From the NCBI RefSeq assembly GCF_036321535.1, contig NC_087436.1, forward strand, positions 36,396,001 to 36,460,000: a stretch of DNA of 64,000 bases. Direction: 5' to 3'. Shown here piece after piece: positions 1 to 11,806 of this stretch. This stretch comes from Camelus dromedarius (lineage: Eukaryota). Under the pieces are notes generated by a model, which saw nothing but the letters and a program-made list of their open reading frames with translations, was not told where the DNA came from and searched no databases. How positions within the stretch are numbered: position 1 is the stretch's first letter; each line of letters begins with the position of its first letter. A program made the translations under genes and the position numbers.

Positions 1-429
1 AGCACTAAAACTGTAGCAAATGCAACTGACAATTGATGGCTCATGCCATTTTAGGGTTCTGCAGTGCTCTGTCCCCTGAGTGTGGTATAAGTGGGATATG
101 TATATAACAATTATATACATATCCAACTTTGTTCTAAAGAAACAGCATTCAGGGGGCCCATGAATTCACTGATGTGTGGGCCTTTGTTTATGAACTGCCT
201 AAATCATTTTCAACCATATACGTATCATTATTTCTCAAAAAAAGTATGTAGCTAGTCTTGTGATGAGTTAAATACAAATTCATTTAAAAGCACTCTTGAA
301 TTCATAGTGACTCCTTGGTATTAGAATTCCTCAAGCAAGAGGAAGACTGAACCAGTTTCTACCATTTACTATTATGGAAGGTGAGACATTTTTGATACTT
401 AGTAGGAGCTCATGTCATAAAACATAAGA

Positions 430-1445
430 TTCTCAGATACAGTAATATAAAACAAAATCTCTGTAGGGCAAAAGACACCACAGAGAAAATAATTTAAACA
501 TGTTCAACATATTTTTAATAGAAAAAGAGCCCTTATGGGTAAGAAACAACCCAATAGGTGGGCAAAGAATATGAACAAGGCTGTTTACAGAAAAAAAAAA
601 AGCCCCACTGATAATAAAGATATGAAAATATGCCAAACTTAACTATTGGTCAAAAAAAGGGAACCAATGATAGCGTACTACTTTTTTCTTGCCTGAGCAT
701 AATGGCAAATATTTAAAGTATTGACAATATAAAGTGTTTATGAGAACACCGAGGAAAGGAAACTATTGTTGGAGGGTGTGTAAACTGGTAGAACATGTTG
801 GAGGGCAATGAGGCAGTTTCTACCAAATTTTTAGGATATAATGTTTCCACTTAGGAAGCAAAATGTGGGATATGAATCTAAAAGAAGTGTAGCTCACATA
901 CGCTTAAAGATACAAATGTTTAAGGATGTTCAGTGCTGCACTGTTTGCTGGAGATCAAAATTTGAAATAATCTAAATATCAGTAGAACCATGAATGAATT
1001 CTAGTGCAGCCATACAATGGAATATTAATCCAGCTCTTTAAATGAGACAGCCCTGTGATGAACACTGTATGGATTCTTGGCCCTGACGTATCATTGAGTG
1101 AAAAAGGGAAGTTGTAGAATATGCACGGTGAAATTAAATTTTTATGTAAAAAAGCACATTTTTCTATGTCTGTATCTTTATGTCTCTTTTTCTATATGCC
1201 TCCTTCTCCATATATAATTCTATCTCCTTCAATCTCTACGTATCTATATCTATACCTCTATGTTGTTTTAAGTACATGGGAAAAAAGTCTATAATGATAC
1301 ACTGTAAACTCTCAAGAGTGCCCCCAGGAAGTGAAAATTAGGGAAGACAAGGGAGCAATTTTATATTTTGCTTTTTACTTTATACAATTATATATTCTTT
1401 GAATTCTTTGTTTTAATGACCCACATATACTGCTTTTGTAAATTC
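430..1445 (+). mobile_element. Old degraded LINE-1 3' fragment (L1ME/L1MC-like)
   Basis: L1 ORF2-end and 3'UTR-like phrases (aacccaataggtgggcaaagaatatgaac, tgtaaactggta, catacaatggaatatt). No open frame. Confidence 0.65.
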
Positions 1446-4112
1446 AAAGATCAAAGTAGTAATGTTCCAAAATGATCCTCATCCCTAGAAACAGAAATAA
1501 CTGTCCACACAAGGGCTTCATTCAGCCTGGAGACTCCTCTCTCTGAGATCCTGACGCCACCCCTTGGAGAATGTGGGAGGAGGTTCCCATGAACAAGGAA
1601 CTCAGCAGACACTTTAGGAAGAGGACACAGCAAAGGCAAATGTTGTACTTCTTTATTTTCATGACCGTGGGTTAGGAGCTGTAGGGTAAGGCAGAAGATG
1701 TTTACAGCCATCCCTCGCCCTAGGGAGGGACTCAGGTACAAGCCTTGAGTCCAGAGACAACAGGATTTCTTTGACCATTGATGTTGGACAGGAGGCTAGG
1801 GAGGCGGGTGGAACTTGTCACATCTCGTGGTGTGAGGTCAGTGTAGAACCTGGTTGAACAGCACAGGTCTTCCAGTTTTTTTCTCCCTCCTTTATGCCTG
1901 ATGGGTCATGGAATGATGGACATCTGATCTCTAGCCTCACTGATGGGTTGCCTGAAGATCAGCCTACAGATAAGCCACCTGTCTGAATCCTTTTGGCGTG
2001 TTGGGATGGCACATATTATAATAAGTTCTATCACTTTAAACCCTAGAGGTCTCTCTTCCCAGAGTTTTCCATACAGGACATCTAATTCTACCCACAAGGG
2101 GCCAAAGCAAGTGGAAGCAGAAAGGGAGTATTTGACACCTAGGGGTCACGAGGAAGAGCTGGGAAGACAGGACAAGGGACTTGGCACACGCAGTAACCAG
2201 CACGGTCTTAGACCCGGCATATCTTTCCCCCCACAAAACCACAAACTAGCAGCATTCATTTTCAGACTTCAACTCCTTCCTCCCTTGATTCCTCTCACCC
2301 TCAGTCTGCTCTCCCTGGCTGGGAGCCTTCCTTTAGTTCCCTGCCTTCTTCCTACCCTGACCTGGTGGTCTATAAGCATAATGCATTTGAGAAAATCCTT
2401 GAAAAATGGCCATAAAATCCCCTGGGTCTGTGCCTAAAGTTTCATGCTTTCATGGTGACGACCTGGGTTATATTCCTGGAAAGAATGCATCTAGCAGAAC
2501 CCACCACCTCACTCCAAGGTACTCAGTAAACATGGACACTAAGTAAAGGCAGTGTGCTTGCTGTGCAAGTGTGGCTTCAGCCAGACTGCTGCTCCTGTCC
2601 CGCTCCTGTCCCGCAAGTCTGGGGCTGCCACTCGAGCCCAGTGCCATGTGCCAGCTGGAGAAGCGGGGATCACACTGCCCTTCACAGAAGTCTCTGTAGC
2701 CTAGAAAGTAAAAACAGCAGCTGCCTGACACTTCCTTTGAGAAGCAGATGAAATATCAGGTTTTCTTCTTCCCGTAAACATAAACACAAAATTTTGCAAA
2801 TAATTTCAGGAGACTCAGGGAGGCCAAGATGAGCTCCCCTGTGCTAATGGGGAAGGACCGGGGAGGAGCGGCATCGGGATTTTAAAATATCTGAGCTCAG
2901 GTGGGCCACGCGTGAAAATAAGAAACAGTTTGTTTTTCATTTTCTCCTCCTTCCATCGGCTCCCTTTTCTCTCCCTTCTTAGGAATAAATCCTTCATCCT
3001 AGTCTTGTTCTTTACCTGGATGTAATCAGATGCTGTTGAGGCTGAAGGGTGGCACTTCCAGACAAAACACAGTCAGTTCTGCTAAAATGTAACATCCACA
3101 TTTCTAAAACTCACTCCACTGTGTAAAATCATGCAGTAACAACCACAGAGCTTACAGGGAAGGGAGATTAGAGGCATAACACCAAAATTTTGTCAGTGAC
3201 ATAAAAAAGATGATAGGAACCGAATACAAAAGACAGCAGTTTTGCACAAGTGAAATGGTGAAGAAATGCATAAATACTACAAAAAATACAGCATGTTACC
3301 TAGAAAAAGACCTGAAGTTTGTTTGTGGAGGTGTGTTGGAAGGGTTCCCAGGGTGGAAAATCGTTTCAGCCCCAGATGTGGACGGGGCTGGGGGTGGGGA
3401 TCATCACACATGCGGTGCACTGAGGCAGCTGGTGGGTGTTTGAGGCGTGTGTGCATCGTGTGTGTTCCTGTAAGGCTCGGTTCAGCTGGAAGCAGTTTTC
3501 TGCATTCACTTAGCACTTCTTGAGGACAAAATCGCATGTTAGGAAATATAAATTTCTGGTTATACTCAAATTGTTCCCTGGTATGTTAGTCAAGGTGAAA
3601 TAAATTCTCATATTCAATGCAAGTGTTAGGACAAGACTGGCTGAATCTAAATAAAAAAATCATAATTTAATGAGTAAAAAGCCTTTAAGACCCCAATGAA
3701 GTGATGCTATAAGTTAATATTTCTAAGCAGAGAATACATGAGTCAAGTCAATCTGATCCTCTTTACTCCCACCCTGAGGTCTGTCTCAACACAGTAAAAA
3801 ATTCAAGTGAAATACAAATTGGGCTCCATAACTTGGAAACACACTGTCACTCCTGAGCAAGCCTTCTCAGTGCCGGGAAAAAGTTGTTATAACACTGCCA
3901 GACTTCCTGGAAAGTCCTTATCATACATTCTTATCTCTAGTATCCCATGCTCCATGGTAGTGCCACGAATCTTACTTCCCTCTCTTCTTCATGATTCCTT
4001 TCCCCTCTACCTGCATCCCCCAAAAGCCCAACGAACCAAATTCTAGCCTTCATAAGTTCTCTCCTTATCACCGCTTCCTCTCTTTCCCACTGTTTCTCCA
4101 ACAGGAAAAAAT

Positions 4113-4578
4113 CCATACTTTCCTATCGCTACTGTAACACATTACAACAAAATCAGTGGTTTAAAACAGCACAAATCCATTATTTTACAGTTCTGGATGT
4201 CAGAAGTCCAGAATGAGCTTTATGGGGCTAAAATCAAAGTACTGGCTGAACTCCTTCTGGAGGCTCTAGGGAGAAGTCTGATCCTTGTCTTTCCCAGCTT
4301 CTAGAGGCTACCTGTATTCTTTGGCTTCTAGCCCCATATCCCTCCAACCTCTGCTTCTGTCATCACATCTTCTTGGACTCTGACAGGCCTGCCTTCCTCT
4401 TATAAGTACCCTTGTGATTACATTGGGCCACCATGATAGTCCAGAATAATCCCTCATCTCAAGATCCTTAATTCAATCACATCTACAAAGTCCCTTCTGT
4501 CATTTGTGAAGGTTAACACACAGTCTTCAGGCATTAGGGTGTGGACATCTTTGAGGTGCCATTAGTCAGCCTACCACA
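4113..4578 (-). mobile_element. MaLR MLT1-family solo LTR
   Basis: Typical MLT1 text (gtggtttaaaacagcacaaat...ttacagttctgga...gattacattgggcc...cagcctaccaca), reverse orientation to consensus. Confidence 0.8.
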
Positions 4579-6399
4579 CCAGCAGTGATATTCAAAATGC
4601 TTAACAACTGAAATGCCACTTAAAGCAGGGAATCAGACTCTCAGAATGGTCTTTGGGTTCTGATGCTAGAGCAGGACCTTGGAGATCCTGGCATATTGGC
4701 TGATGAATTGCAGAGGTGTGGGAGGCGTCAGGGAGGGACTGGGGTGTCTAGGGTGGTGGTGATGCTCTCCAGAGTCCAGATGAGAGATTCTCTCTAAGCA
4801 GCACCAAAGACTTCTGATCTTTTTATGATCAGTGTAGCCACACCCGTGCATTTTGGCTGACCTACCCATGCTCTTTCTTCCCTGGATCAGTTTAGCCTCT
4901 CTAGGCTTCTATAAATTCTCCTCTCCCTCCTCATTCGTGGTCAGCACACAAATCTCCTGGGAATCTGTCCTGTGCTGTACTTGGCCCTTGTACCTGGATG
5001 TCTACTTAAGCCTCACCACAACCCTATGATCAGATTCTATGCTTATTTTCCTTTTGCAATAACATATCCAGGGGCATGTGTGCAATTAATTATTACAGCC
5101 TGGGTTTGAATTCAAGCACTTTGCTTTAGAAATTGAGCTCTTAACCCCTGTGGTTAGTATCTTCAAGGAGACTCACATCTCTTTAGCAGATAAGGAAAGC
5201 ATGTACAAAGATGGTGCAGGTACCAGGTGGCAACCCCCAGGCCATAAGCATTTCATGGGTTTACACAGAACACTCATTCCCTTATAGAATTTAATGGTTA
5301 TAGTGAAGATTTCTTGATCATAGGGTAAGAAATTTAATCTACTCTGTAAGACCAAACCTGAATACTCCTGAATAGATATTCTGTGGTAAAAGATTATATT
5401 CAACCTTCAAAGCAAATCAAATCTGAAGTCTAATTTATCTTGGCTAAATAACATTTTAGAAAAAAGTATGGCTGTAAGCATGTGATGAAATAGATGAATA
5501 AATAAATGGATACATAAAACCTATAGTCAGAAGTTCGATTTGTAAGACCCAACTGAGTGTGGTACAACACTACTTCAGTGATTCTAGAGTAACACATTCA
5601 GCTTTCTCAAATGAGTAAGGAGTAGCAGGAATAGGAGAAGCAGCAGAGAGGAGGACGATAAAACCACTTCTGGACTTTGAGTCTTTTATTAACCTCTACC
5701 TGGTAATACTTAGAAATGTGTTGTTCATACCCAGAGAAAATAACATCTAACAGTAATATTGTGATAAGCAACACTACCTACAGAGGAAAAGATCACTTAT
5801 GGGTATTTCTGGACTTTGCTGTTTGAAATAAAATTTTGGTTTGGAGAAGAAAGAGTATTAGCACTTTCCATTCATTTAACTGATGCATTATATAGAAGAC
5901 ACAGACATTAGGGAGTTTTTTAAAATGACGTTTGAGTGAGATCTTGATTGGGGGTAGGATAACACGAATAAGTCAGATTTAAAGTAAAACGTTAGAAGCC
6001 AAGATTAATGTTATTTAAAGATGCTTTGGAGAAGAATTGGAAGCAAATTCTACTTTAAACCCTTGCACCTGATTAAGAACCTAAACTATTCTTGCTAATT
6101 TGGAAAATACCCCTGCTATTTAAAATTTCCTAAAAGGTAGCTCTCCTCCTACATTTATGATGGAATACTGGATGATTTCAGTCAAAAGGCACAGTTATTA
6201 CCATAAGAAAAAGTCCTGCAAAAAAGCACATGTTGCCACTTTACTCATTACTGAAGTGCCCTTATGACTGTCAGAAGGAACAGGTAAGATGCTAAAGGAG
6301 GCAGAGATAGAGAGATCAAAGTGTTTTGTTTACTTCTTTGAAGTCTTGTAGTACCTACTGTTTACTGTGCACACTTCTTGATTCAGGCTGAACATTGGA

Positions 6400-6679
6400 A
6401 TTCACCCATTTGTCTCTTTTTCCTGTCTAAGATGCAGATGGGGCACATTTCGTTGACTCCATCAATCCCTGCCCCCACGCATTAGCACATGCACACGTAT
6501 ACCTAGCCAGTGGAAAAGAAAAAAGAGTTACTCACATTCATCCATTTTACAAAGATTTCCAGGCTGCAATGGGAGGGCTTTACCTCTCCCTGAAGGATGA
6601 ATAAATAGGTAGCTTTACTGACAACCTGTTCACTGACTGAAGTGAAAACAGAGACCAAGGTCTTGATCTACTGGCACTT
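6400..6679 (+). promoter_or_regulatory. IL21: IL21 proximal promoter and 5' UTR
   Basis: NFAT cores TGGAAAA 6511-6517 and TTTCCA 6556-6561. TATA-like AATAAATA at 6600-6607, about 75 nt upstream of the first ATG. Confidence 0.7.
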
Positions 6680-6847
6680 ATGAGATCCAGTCCTGGCAAC
6701 ATGGAGAGAATAGTCATCTGCCTGATGGTCATCTTCTCAGGGACAGTGGCCCACAAATCAAACTCCCAAGGGCAAGATCGCCTCTTGATTAGATTGCGTC
6801 AACTTATAGATATTGTTGACCAGCTGAAGCATTATGTGAATGACTTG
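6680..6847 (+). CDS. IL21: Interleukin-21 coding exon 1 (signal peptide and helix A)
   Basis: Translates [56 protein letters not shown] (56 codons), recognisably the IL-21 N-terminus. Ends at donor TTG|gtaagg (6848). Confidence 0.98.
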
Positions 6848-6955
6848 GTAAGGCCATACTTGTCACAACAAAATTTAAACCATATTCTTCAATTAATATG
6901 AAAGGAGCTTTTTGACTTATAAAAATAACTCAGAACTAATTTTGTTTTGCTCTAG

Positions 6956-6991
6956 GACCCTGAATTTCTGCCAGCTCCAGAAGACGTAAAG
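6956..6991 (+). CDS. IL21: Interleukin-21 exon 2
   Basis: Acceptor ttttgttttgctctag|, 36 nt encoding DPEFLPAPEDVK, donor AAG|gtaaga. Intron 1 is 108 nt, phase 0. Confidence 0.98.
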
Positions 6992-7425
6992 GTAAGACCA
7001 GCTGAATTTATTTGTGAAAATATATTTGATGTAAGTTTTTTTAAGTCCAATTAAGAAAGGCATTAACGTGATTATTTAGGAATATACTTAATTTCAATGA
7101 ATTGGAGGGTTTAATAATTGGTAAAATAGTTATTTCTATTTTGCTTAAATATTCATTGATTTACCAGCAAGCCAACCAATAAAACACTACATACCTTATA
7201 AGATATATTTTTATCTTCAAATATCTCTAAGTATTCCCAAGTAGTATTGTTGAGACAGAAAAACAAAACTAGAAAATAAATCTACACTATGATCATTTTC
7301 TGAACAATAACCAAACTAATCACATTTTAAGAGTCCTTGTGCATGAAAGTTCTTGAGCCTCTTTGTAACCCTATTTAAGAAATATAGACACATACCATAA
7401 GAAGCAGGATTCCCCTTTAATAACT

Positions 7426-7525
7426 AGAAAGGAAGAAAGAAAGGGAGAAGGAAGGAAGGAAGGAAAGAAAGAAAGAAAAGAAAGGAAGGAAGGAAGAAAG
7501 GAAGGAAGGAAGAAAGAAAAAAAGA
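7426..7525 (+). repeat. Polypurine (GAAG/GAAA)n simple repeat in IL21 intron 2
   Basis: About 100 nt of pure purine tract. Confidence 0.95.
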
Positions 7526-8667
7526 TTACAGGAACAGCATGGAAGAATGGCAGTATGGAAATCAAGGCCGTCCTTTAGAATATAATTCCCATATACCTTG
7601 GTCTCAACGAGTCTTGTCTTTGGCCTTCCGTGAGATCTTTTGAAAGGATCATTTTCAACAACTCATTCAGTTCTTTAAGGCATTTAAATCCGTTAGTTCC
7701 CAGGAAGAAGAGGCCTAGCATACAGTTCAAGAGTGCTGTGTGCTGATCTTTTCCTTGGTAACTTCGATCTAGTCTTCAGGTTTGGTACCCCGAGGATATA
7801 AACGCAACTGGGGGAAATGTTTTCATTGCCACAGACCTTTAACTGCATAAATTAGAATAACTATATAAGTGCTACCAGTAATTAGGACACTACAAAGGGG
7901 AGACTTATGAAGATACATTGCAAAGAAAACAATTATCGTAAATGACTATATGTAAAAGTTTAGAAAGTGAATGAGTCACAACTATTGCTTTTCTCTAAAA
8001 TTCACTCTCTAGCTCTGAACCTAACCACTCTCATTTACTCGGTCCTTTTCTAATAAGCAGCATCTAAAATGAAAGTAGCACATTCAGCTCATTGGAAAGA
8101 CTTTTCCAATAAGTAAAACAATTTCTTACTGTTCTAATAATCAAAACATATATATTTTCAGCATCTCATGCCCTTTGTTTAACTGCTGTGGTTAGAGTTC
8201 TTTCGGGAGGTTTTTAGCTGCTGTCAAGAACTTCCAAAATAAGAAACATATCCCATTTCCTAACCTGAGTTGATTCAGTGGGTACTTCTTTTACATGCTT
8301 TGTTAAAGAGAGATGTTTTTTACCTGACATCATAATGACAAGATTTTGTCTCAGTGATACTTTACCTATCTGATAATCTGATCATGCATGCTGGCTTTGA
8401 TAAAGTGAGTAATGGTATAACTAAGATCTTTAAGCTAGGCTAGCAGGAAACTCAGGAAAAAGAAAATAGTTCAAGGCCACAGTAGAGTTTTATCAAGTTT
8501 TTCAGGGCTAGCATCACAGCAGTCTATCAGAGATTTTTAAAAGATTAAAAAATTTAACGAAAATAAATTCATTTAACTGTTGCATATAAATATTGATATA
8601 TGGTGATCATGTAAGATTGCCAATTGGCCTCACCAGGCATCTTCCTTCCTCTTTCTAATCATATAAC

Positions 8668-8885
8668 CAGTGGTCCTCATCAGGTGGTGATTTTGTCCCA
8701 TGAGAACATATGGCACTGTCTGGAAAAATTTCTGGTTGCCACAATCGTGTGGGGGTGGTTTCTATTAGTGTCTAGTAGGCAAAGGCCAGGGATGCTACTA
8801 AACATTCTAGAATGCACAGGACAGCCCTGACAACAAAGGATTATCCAGCTCAAAATGTCAATAGTGCCACTGTGGAGACATCCTG
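8668..8885 (+). mobile_element. MER20 hAT-Charlie MITE
   Basis: cagtggtcctca...gattttgtccc...ggccagggatgctactaaacattcta...aaatgtcaatagtgcc...cctg, about 220 nt. Confidence 0.85.
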
Positions 8886-10538
8886 ATGAAAACCTAGTTT
8901 GTATGTGGGACAAAGGTAATTTTATCCAGTTAGCAAGACTTCCTAGTATGAATGGCCAGGCTTTCTTAGCCAGGAAAAAAAAAAAGTAAGTAGGTCAAAA
9001 ATAAGTTGTAAGGAGGCAAATATTTTCAAATATTCAATTGCAAATCAACAAAGCCAAGTGCACCTCTCTGCAAAAGCAGTGCTTGACTGCTCTCTGGTTA
9101 AAAAGGAGAGTGGTTTGTTAAGCTTGCTTTTGATTTTCTTACTGTGCCCTCTATTTTGCAAAACTAATGTAGGACAGCTAACTCCTCACGTTCCAGGTGT
9201 GGATGGATGAGGGAAACAAAGCCTTGTCCTCTGAGTCTGCAAGGCACAGCAAAGGAAAGCAATGGTTCTGCTCCCAGGTGGTGGTGCTGCACAGGAACTT
9301 GGGGTCATCCTGAGTGACAGGGCACCAGCAGCTGCCTGAATCGAGGTTAATCTCTCCACTCCCCGTCTCAACGCAGTCTTTAGGCAGTTAGCAGAACAGC
9401 TCCTCCACTTCTTTTCTTCTCTGAGGCTGCCTTTGATGTGCACCTGAAGCCAAATCTAGCAGTTGTTTGTCCTGGACCACAGAATGACAGGAACAGCTCT
9501 CCTGCTTGCAGAAAGCACAAAGCAAAAATCTATTGTCTGTGGACAGGTGAACAAGGAAGAGCAGGAGAGGGATGCCTATCAGTATGGGCATCTGTGTCCA
9601 GATACCAGAGGCTTTTGAAAAGGCTTTCTCAGGTGCAAAATCTTGGTTCACTTGTCTTGGCCACTCTTGGCAATACTGTCTCAAGGGAGTTCATTTGGTA
9701 GGCCCCTATACTTCTTTGGAACCTAATTTTCTTTCAACATACATGTGTAAATGTTAACTCAGCAAAATGGGCCTCTGTGAGAAATGCTGGTTTCTCAGAT
9801 CATCACGGATGAAGCAGTTAGTGTTTTCAGTTTCAGCTGGAAAATATACCTCTTTAAATATGAATATTATTTTTTTCCAGTAAGTTAAGCCGGTTGTGGT
9901 CAAAAAGAAGAGAAAAGAAAAAACTTCAACAAACATGAACATGTGGTTTTCAAGGAAAAAAAAAAGTGCTATAATTAACATTTATAAATAGTTTCTATTA
10001 AATAAGCATTTTGGCAAACATATGTAAAGGACACTATCTCGCCCTTATGAGAGGCAAGCTGCTCTGATATAAGGAAACCAGATAAGCTGGTTCTCGGCTT
10101 GTGGCTACGTATGCAAAGCAAATCTGACGGGGTTGTGCCTTAAAGATGCGTGTTATTAATCGACATTCATATTGGGTAACCATATAGGTTGGAAAATGCA
10201 AAGCAGGCCAGATGCTATTTTCAGCTGATTGTCCATGAGAAGACTCAGGTAATATTCTTATATATGGGATGGCACTGGTAGGAACTGAGGGAAACTGAGG
10301 CTTCTGGTTATACAGCAGTGGATTCCAAACATATTAGTGAAATGAAGACATAGCAACTTTGCAAGGGGAAATTGCATCATATACACACAGTTGCTGAAAG
10401 AAGAAAGTAACTTGGATACAAATTCTTAGATCAGCATTAAAATGTTTTCATTAAGTTAGTATAAATTTTGTTTTTCCAATATATTCCATATCATTTGCAG
10501 TTCAATTTCTAAGACTTGTACTTATTCACTTAGTCACT

Positions 10539-10753
10539 AGAAATATCTCTCATTTAGATGCAAATCTAAAGAAAATGAGCATGGCTTTAGAAAAGATGGG
10601 TATTTTGGTGACTGAGACAGAAGAACTGGCAGAGAATATACTCAAGTGGCGAGAACAAGAGAAGGAAGTTTCCTCTTTTATCCCCAAAATATTAGCTGAA
10701 GAAGATTTTCTCCATAAACATGATGTTATAATTCCAAAAAAGAAAAAAAAAAA
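10539..10753 (+). pseudogene. HAUS2: 5'-truncated processed HAUS2 (augmin subunit 2/CEP27) retrocopy fragment in IL21 intron 2
   Basis: Uninterrupted frame [66 protein letters not shown] aligns colinearly to the recalled human HAUS2 C-terminal region ([66 protein letters not shown]). An A-tract at 10736-10753 follows directly. Confidence 0.88.
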
Positions 10754-11650
10754 CAACTCCAAAACAACCTAGTAATTCAACTAACCAAGAGTCAAATTTT
10801 GGATTCTTGTTCTGTCCACCTCTCCATGCTCTGAGACGTTACTCCTACTTTCTGAGGGGCAGTCTTCCCTCTCATTAGTGGGGCAAGTCTCGAATTTTGT
10901 TCCTCAACTGCTTGATTCAGGCAGAATCCCACCCTAACTGACCAGAGAGTATGGATAGGATTTTAGAAAAGTCAAGTATGGGATACAGCAGGTGTACTGA
11001 ATCTTACATTTGGAATATGCCATCTGAGGTAGGTAACCACTTCCTATCCCCAAAGGAGGTGCTTTAACTCACTTATCTGCTGACTTCACAGATATTTGTT
11101 GAGCACTCATGAGCAACAAGACACTATGCCAGGTGTTGTACAGGATGAGGACATGCATGCTCAAGCCACGTATGTCACTGTTAGATACTCTTATGTCCAA
11201 TGCAGAGAGAAACAAAAAACAAATGAAAAAAAATTTTAATCAGACTACAGCTGCCAACAATCATAATGTAACTCTTACAGCCTCATAGTTCATAAAGTGT
11301 GTTCTAAAACCAAACTAACTCTCCCTTATGAAACACCAAAGTCCTTCCCAACACCCAGACCTCACAATGACATTAGGAATAAACAACTGTGGCAAAGCGA
11401 GGCTCCCTCCTCTTGTCTGTGAGACAGGGAGATGTCCTCTCTTCCCTAATACAGGGAAATTTTACATGGCAGGGAGCTCATTCTCTTCAGCCCCCAAAGT
11501 AAGAAGGAACATGAAATCATTCCTCATTTGTCTGCTGAAATGAATGGGATCCAAGACATTGTAGCAGGAGTAGAAAAGGAGGATTGGGAAGGTCATTTTC
11601 ACTTTTTGAATAACTTTCATTAACACGTACACGAATTATTTCTCTTTCAG

Positions 11651-11806
11651 AGACACTGTGAGTGGTCAGCTTTTTCGTGTTTCCAGAAGATCCAACTAAA
11701 GTCAGCAAATGCGGGAGATAAGGAAAAGATAATCAATGTATTAACTAAGCAGCTGAAGAGGAAACTACCTGCCACAAATGCAAGGAGAACACAGAAACAT
11801 GGACTA
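11651..11806 (+). CDS. IL21: Interleukin-21 exon 3
   Basis: Acceptor tttctctttcag|, 156 nt encoding RHCEWSAFSCFQKIQLKSANAGDKEKIINVLTKQLKRKLPATNARRTQKHGL (C71, C78), donor CTA|gtaaga. Confidence 0.98.

Noticed and set aside
1943..2437. 164-aa ORF and other long ORFs (21633-22130, 49590-50069)
   Set aside because: No recognisable homology or exon structure. They are consistent with chance ORFs in non-coding or LTR-derived DNA.
6848..6901. ORF-track extension of IL21 exon 1 ([17 protein letters not shown])
   Set aside because: This is read-through into intron 1 past a canonical GTAAGG donor.
10500..10772. In-frame IL21-HAUS2 chimeric exon via exonisation of the retrocopy
   Set aside because: Splicing phase-0 exon 2 to the plausible acceptors gives immediate stops (10501: FNF*; 10558: MQI*) or the wrong frame (10591).
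10575..10772. 65-aa ORF as a functional retrogene
   Set aside because: It is only a C-terminal fragment with no promoter evidence, and its poly-Lys tail comes from the A-tract. An open frame this short is expected for a modestly aged copy.
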